Both the position numbers and the translations under genes were made by a program. A stretch of DNA of 7,568 nucleotides from a virus (Duplodnaviria > Heunggongvirae > Uroviricota > Caudoviricetes), in the IMG/VR virus record IMGVR_UViG_2671181118_000002. One strand, given 5' to 3'. Every line of letters begins with the position of its first letter. Position 1 is the first letter of the stretch. Shown here piece by piece: positions 5,296-7,568 of the stretch. A model generated the notes under the pieces. That model saw nothing but the letters and a program-made list of their open reading frames with translations, did not search any database and was not told where the DNA came from.

Positions 5296-5442
5296 GAATT
5301 TTGTGATGCGGTGAATGCGGCTCAGCGCACGCGGAACAGTTAAAACCAAAAACAGTGTTATGGGTGGATTCTCTGTATCCGGCGTTAATTGTTAACTGGT
5401 TAACGTCACCTGGAGGCACCAGGCACCGCATCACAAAATTCA
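5296..5442 (+). repeat. 18-bp perfect long-range inverted repeat between the DicF 3' end and the dicB RBS; candidate RNase III processing stem
   Basis: GAATTTTGTGATGCGGTG at 5296-5313 and its exact reverse complement CACCGCATCACAAAATTC at 5425-5442. Confidence 0.5.
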
Positions 5443-5459
5443 TTGTTGAGGACGCGATA

Positions 5460-5648
5460 ATGGAAACGTTATTACCAAACGTTAATACGTCTGAAGGTTG
5501 TTTTGAAATTGGTGTCACTATCAGTAACCCTGTATTTACTGAAGATGCCATTAACAAGAGAAAACACGAACGGGAGTTATTAAATAAAATATGCATTCTT
5601 TCAATGCTGGCCCGTTTACGTCCGATACAAAAAGGATGCTGGCAATGA
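5460..5648 (+). CDS. dicB: DicB cell-division inhibitor (62 aa)
   Basis: Within six-frame ORF 5355..5648. ATG at 5460-5462 preceded by GAGGA gives METLLPNVNTSEGCFEIGVTISNPVFTEDAINKRKHERELLNKICILSMLARLRPIQKGCWQ, recognised as DicB. Directly downstream of DicF. Confidence 0.85.
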   Translation: METLLPNVNTSEGCFEIGVTISNPVFTEDAINKRKHERELLNKICILSMLARLRPIQKGCWQ

Positions 5649-5836
5649 ATACAGCATTTGCACTTGTTCTGACAGTTTTTCTTGTTTCCGGAGAGCCAGT
5701 TGATATTGCAGTCAGTGTTCACAGGACAATGCAGGAGTGTATGACTGCAGCAACCGAACAGAAAATTCCCGGTAACTGTTACCCGGTCGATAAAGTTATT
5801 CACCAGGATAATATCGAAATCCCGGCAGGTCTTTAA
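5645..5836 (+). CDS. ydfD: YdfD-like small membrane/lysis protein (63 aa)
   Basis: Within six-frame ORF 5591..5836. ATG at 5645-5647 overlaps the dicB TGA (ATGA). Product MNTAFALVLTVFLVSGEPVDIAVSVHRTMQECMTAATEQKIPGNCYPVDKVIHQDNIEIPAGL. Confidence 0.8.
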   Translation: MNTAFALVLTVFLVSGEPVDIAVSVHRTMQECMTAATEQKIPGNCYPVDKVIHQDNIEIPAGL

Positions 5837-5929
5837 AACAGTTCCGTAATAAATATCCGGTTTCATTCTTATATGCCAGCAATGGCAGGGATTTGTTCAT
5901 CCTTAAATCTGTCATGAGGTTAAAACAAA

Positions 5930-6868
5930 ATGAGTAAAGTCTTTATTTGCGCCGCCATTCCTGACGAACTGGCAACAAGGGAAGAAGGCGCTGTGGCTGT
6001 AGCCACAGCTATTGAAGCTGGCGACGAACGCCGTGCTCGAGCAAAATTTCACTGGCAATTCCTGGAACATTATCCGGCTGCTCAGGACTGCGCTTATAAA
6101 TTTATTATCTGCGAGGATAAACCTGGCATACCCCGCCCTGCCCTCGATTCATGGGATGCTGAATATATGCAGGAAAACCGCTGGGATGAGGATTCTGCTT
6201 CTTTTGTCCCGGTTGAGACTGAATCCGATCTGATGAACGTCACTTTTGACAAGCTGGCCCCTGAAGTACAGAACGCTCTCATGGTTAAGTTCGACACATG
6301 TGAAAACATCACCGTTGATATGGTTATTAGCGCACAGGAATTGTTGCAGGAAGACATGGCAACATTCAACGGACATATCGTTGAAGCGTTGATGAAAATG
6401 CCAGAAGTTAACGCCATGTATCCGGAGCTTAAGCTGCATGCCATCGGGTGGGTTAAGCATAAATGTAAGCCTGGTGCCAAATGGCCCGAAATTCAGGCAG
6501 AGATGCGCATCTGGAAAAAACGTCGCGAAGGTGAACGCAAGGAAACCGGAAAATACACGTCTGTTGTTGATCTCGCCCGCGCCAGAAGGTCATTGCTGCC
6601 ATTCATCGCGAATACAAGCAGACATGGAAAACACTGGATGACGAACTGGCCTACGCTCTCTGGCCTGGTGATGTGGATGCCGGAAACATTGACGGCAGCA
6701 TCCATCGCTGGGCAAAAAATGAAGTTATCGACAACGACCGCGAAGACTGGAAGCGTATCTCGGCATCAATGCGCAAACAGCCTGATGCCCTTCGCTACGA
6801 CCGCCAGACTATTTTTGGCCTTGTCCGTGAACGTCCGATCGACATTCACAAAGACCCTGTGGCACTGA
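5930..6868 (+). CDS. ydfE: YdfE-like prophage protein; only the first ~215 codons look like genuine coding sequence, after which the frame appears shifted (possible pseudogene or fusion)
   Basis: Six-frame ORF. ATG at 5930 with GAGG upstream. Translation is protein-like up to ...VVDLARAR (~6585); the remainder is W/M/H/T-rich and unnatural, while the -1 frame becomes open and protein-like from 6571. Confidence 0.55.
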   Translation: MSKVFICAAIPDELATREEGAVAVATAIEAGDERRARAKFHWQFLEHYPAAQDCAYKFIICEDKPGIPRPALDSWDAEYMQENRWDEDSASFVPVETESDLMNVTFDKLAPEVQNALMVKFDTCENITVDMVISAQELLQEDMATFNGHIVEALMKMPEVNAMYPELKLHAIGWVKHKCKPGAKWPEIQAEMRIWKKRREGERKETGKYTSVVDLARARRSLLPFIANTSRHGKHWMTNWPTLSGLVMWMPETLTAASIAGQKMKLSTTTAKTGSVSRHQCANSLMPFATTARLFLALSVNVRSTFTKTLWH

Positions 6869-7568
6869 ACAAATACATTACTGAATACCTGACTACAAAG
6901 GGCGTGTTTGAAGATGAAGGAAGAAATCAGAGCGCAACTGATACTCTCTCGTCGCCAGTACCAGAAACTGATGCAGTGGAAACGGCAATTCCGGACAACG
7001 AAAAAACCGAATGCAAAGTGGAAGTCGAACCATCTGTAGAGCGTGAGGGGCCGTTCTACTTCCTCTTCACCGACAAGGATAGCGAAAAATACGGTCGCGC
7101 AAACAAACTTTCTGGTCTGGAAAAAGCACTAGCCCTGGGAGCTACGGAAATCACAAAAGAGGAATACTTCGCACGTAAAAACGGCACGTACTCAGGTTCA
7201 CAACAAAATACTGGTGCATCTGACACGACCGCACAACCAGAGCCGGTAAAAGTTACCGCTGACGAAGTAAACAAAATTATGCAGGCAGCCAATATCAGCC
7301 AGCCTGACGCCGATAAGTTGCTTGCTGCATCACGTGGTGAATTTGTTGAAGGGATTAGTGACCCGAATGATCCGAAATGGGTTAAGGGGATCCAGACCCG
7401 CGATTCTGTGAACCAGAACCAGCATGAATCGGAACGGAACTACCAAAAAGCGGAACAAAACAGCACAAATGCGTTACAAAACGAGCCAGAAACGAAACAG
7501 CCTGAACCAGTGGCGCAACAGGAAGTGGAAAAAGTCTGCACCGCCTGCGGTCAGACCGGCGGCGGCAA
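6571..7568 (+). CDS. Long acidic ORF (at least 332 codons, 3' end beyond the window); either the frameshifted continuation of the ydfE-like gene or the N-terminal part of a larger early-region protein
   Basis: Frame with codons starting at 6571, 6574 and so on has no stop through 7568, shows E. coli-like codon use, and has no ATG with a Shine-Dalgarno near its 5' end (first ATG at 6769). Checked by hand codon by codon. Confidence 0.5.

Noticed and set aside
5261-5866. 201-aa minus-strand ORF
   Set aside because: Lies antisense across DicF, dicB and ydfD, which are well supported. No SD at its start and a Cys/Asn-rich low-complexity product. Taken as a shadow ORF.
6012-6705. ORFs 6012..6233 (+), 6094..6480 (-), 6149..6460 (-), 6438..6641 (+) and 6493..6705 (-)
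   Set aside because: All overlap the ydfE-like coding region in other frames or strands. The 6438..6641 frame was checked as a possible bridge across the frameshift, but it stops at 6641 and its product is not protein-like.
7056-7292. 78-aa minus-strand ORF
   Set aside because: Antisense to the long acidic plus-strand ORF, which has consistent codon usage; shadow ORF.
1-7568. Search for tRNA or rRNA genes, CRISPR arrays, IS elements or att sites
   Set aside because: No cloverleaf-like conserved tRNA features, no regularly spaced repeat/spacer array and no terminal inverted repeats of an IS were seen. The IS2 sequence that interrupts ydfE in E. coli K-12 is absent here.

Overview
This window reads as the immunity/early region of an enterobacterial (E. 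coli-type) lambdoid cryptic prophage of the Qin/Rac kind. All calls rest on reading the sequence and recalled family knowledge; no searches were run. From a divergent promoter/operator region at ~3574-3673, a leftward operon encodes a Cro-like YdaS/DicC-family HTH protein, a YdaT-like (CII-analog) protein, a small membrane protein, a 361-aa replication-initiator-like protein and two unknown proteins. A rightward, apparently leaderless repressor gene (DicA-like C-terminus, different N-terminal DNA-binding region) is followed by a dicB-type operon: ydfA-, ydfB- and ydfC-like small genes, a ~340-nt structured spacer, the DicF sRNA, dicB, ydfD, and a ydfE-like gene that changes frame into a long acidic ORF running off the window. 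The best candidates for something undescribed are (i) a 131-aa membrane-anchored protein gene (2253-2648) sitting antisense inside the early operon with its own promoter and palindrome, tail-to-tail with a small membrane protein gene, (ii) iteron-like repeats inside the replication gene that may mark an embedded origin, and (iii) the uncharacterised gene pair downstream of the replication gene. No tRNA, rRNA, CRISPR array or IS element was seen.
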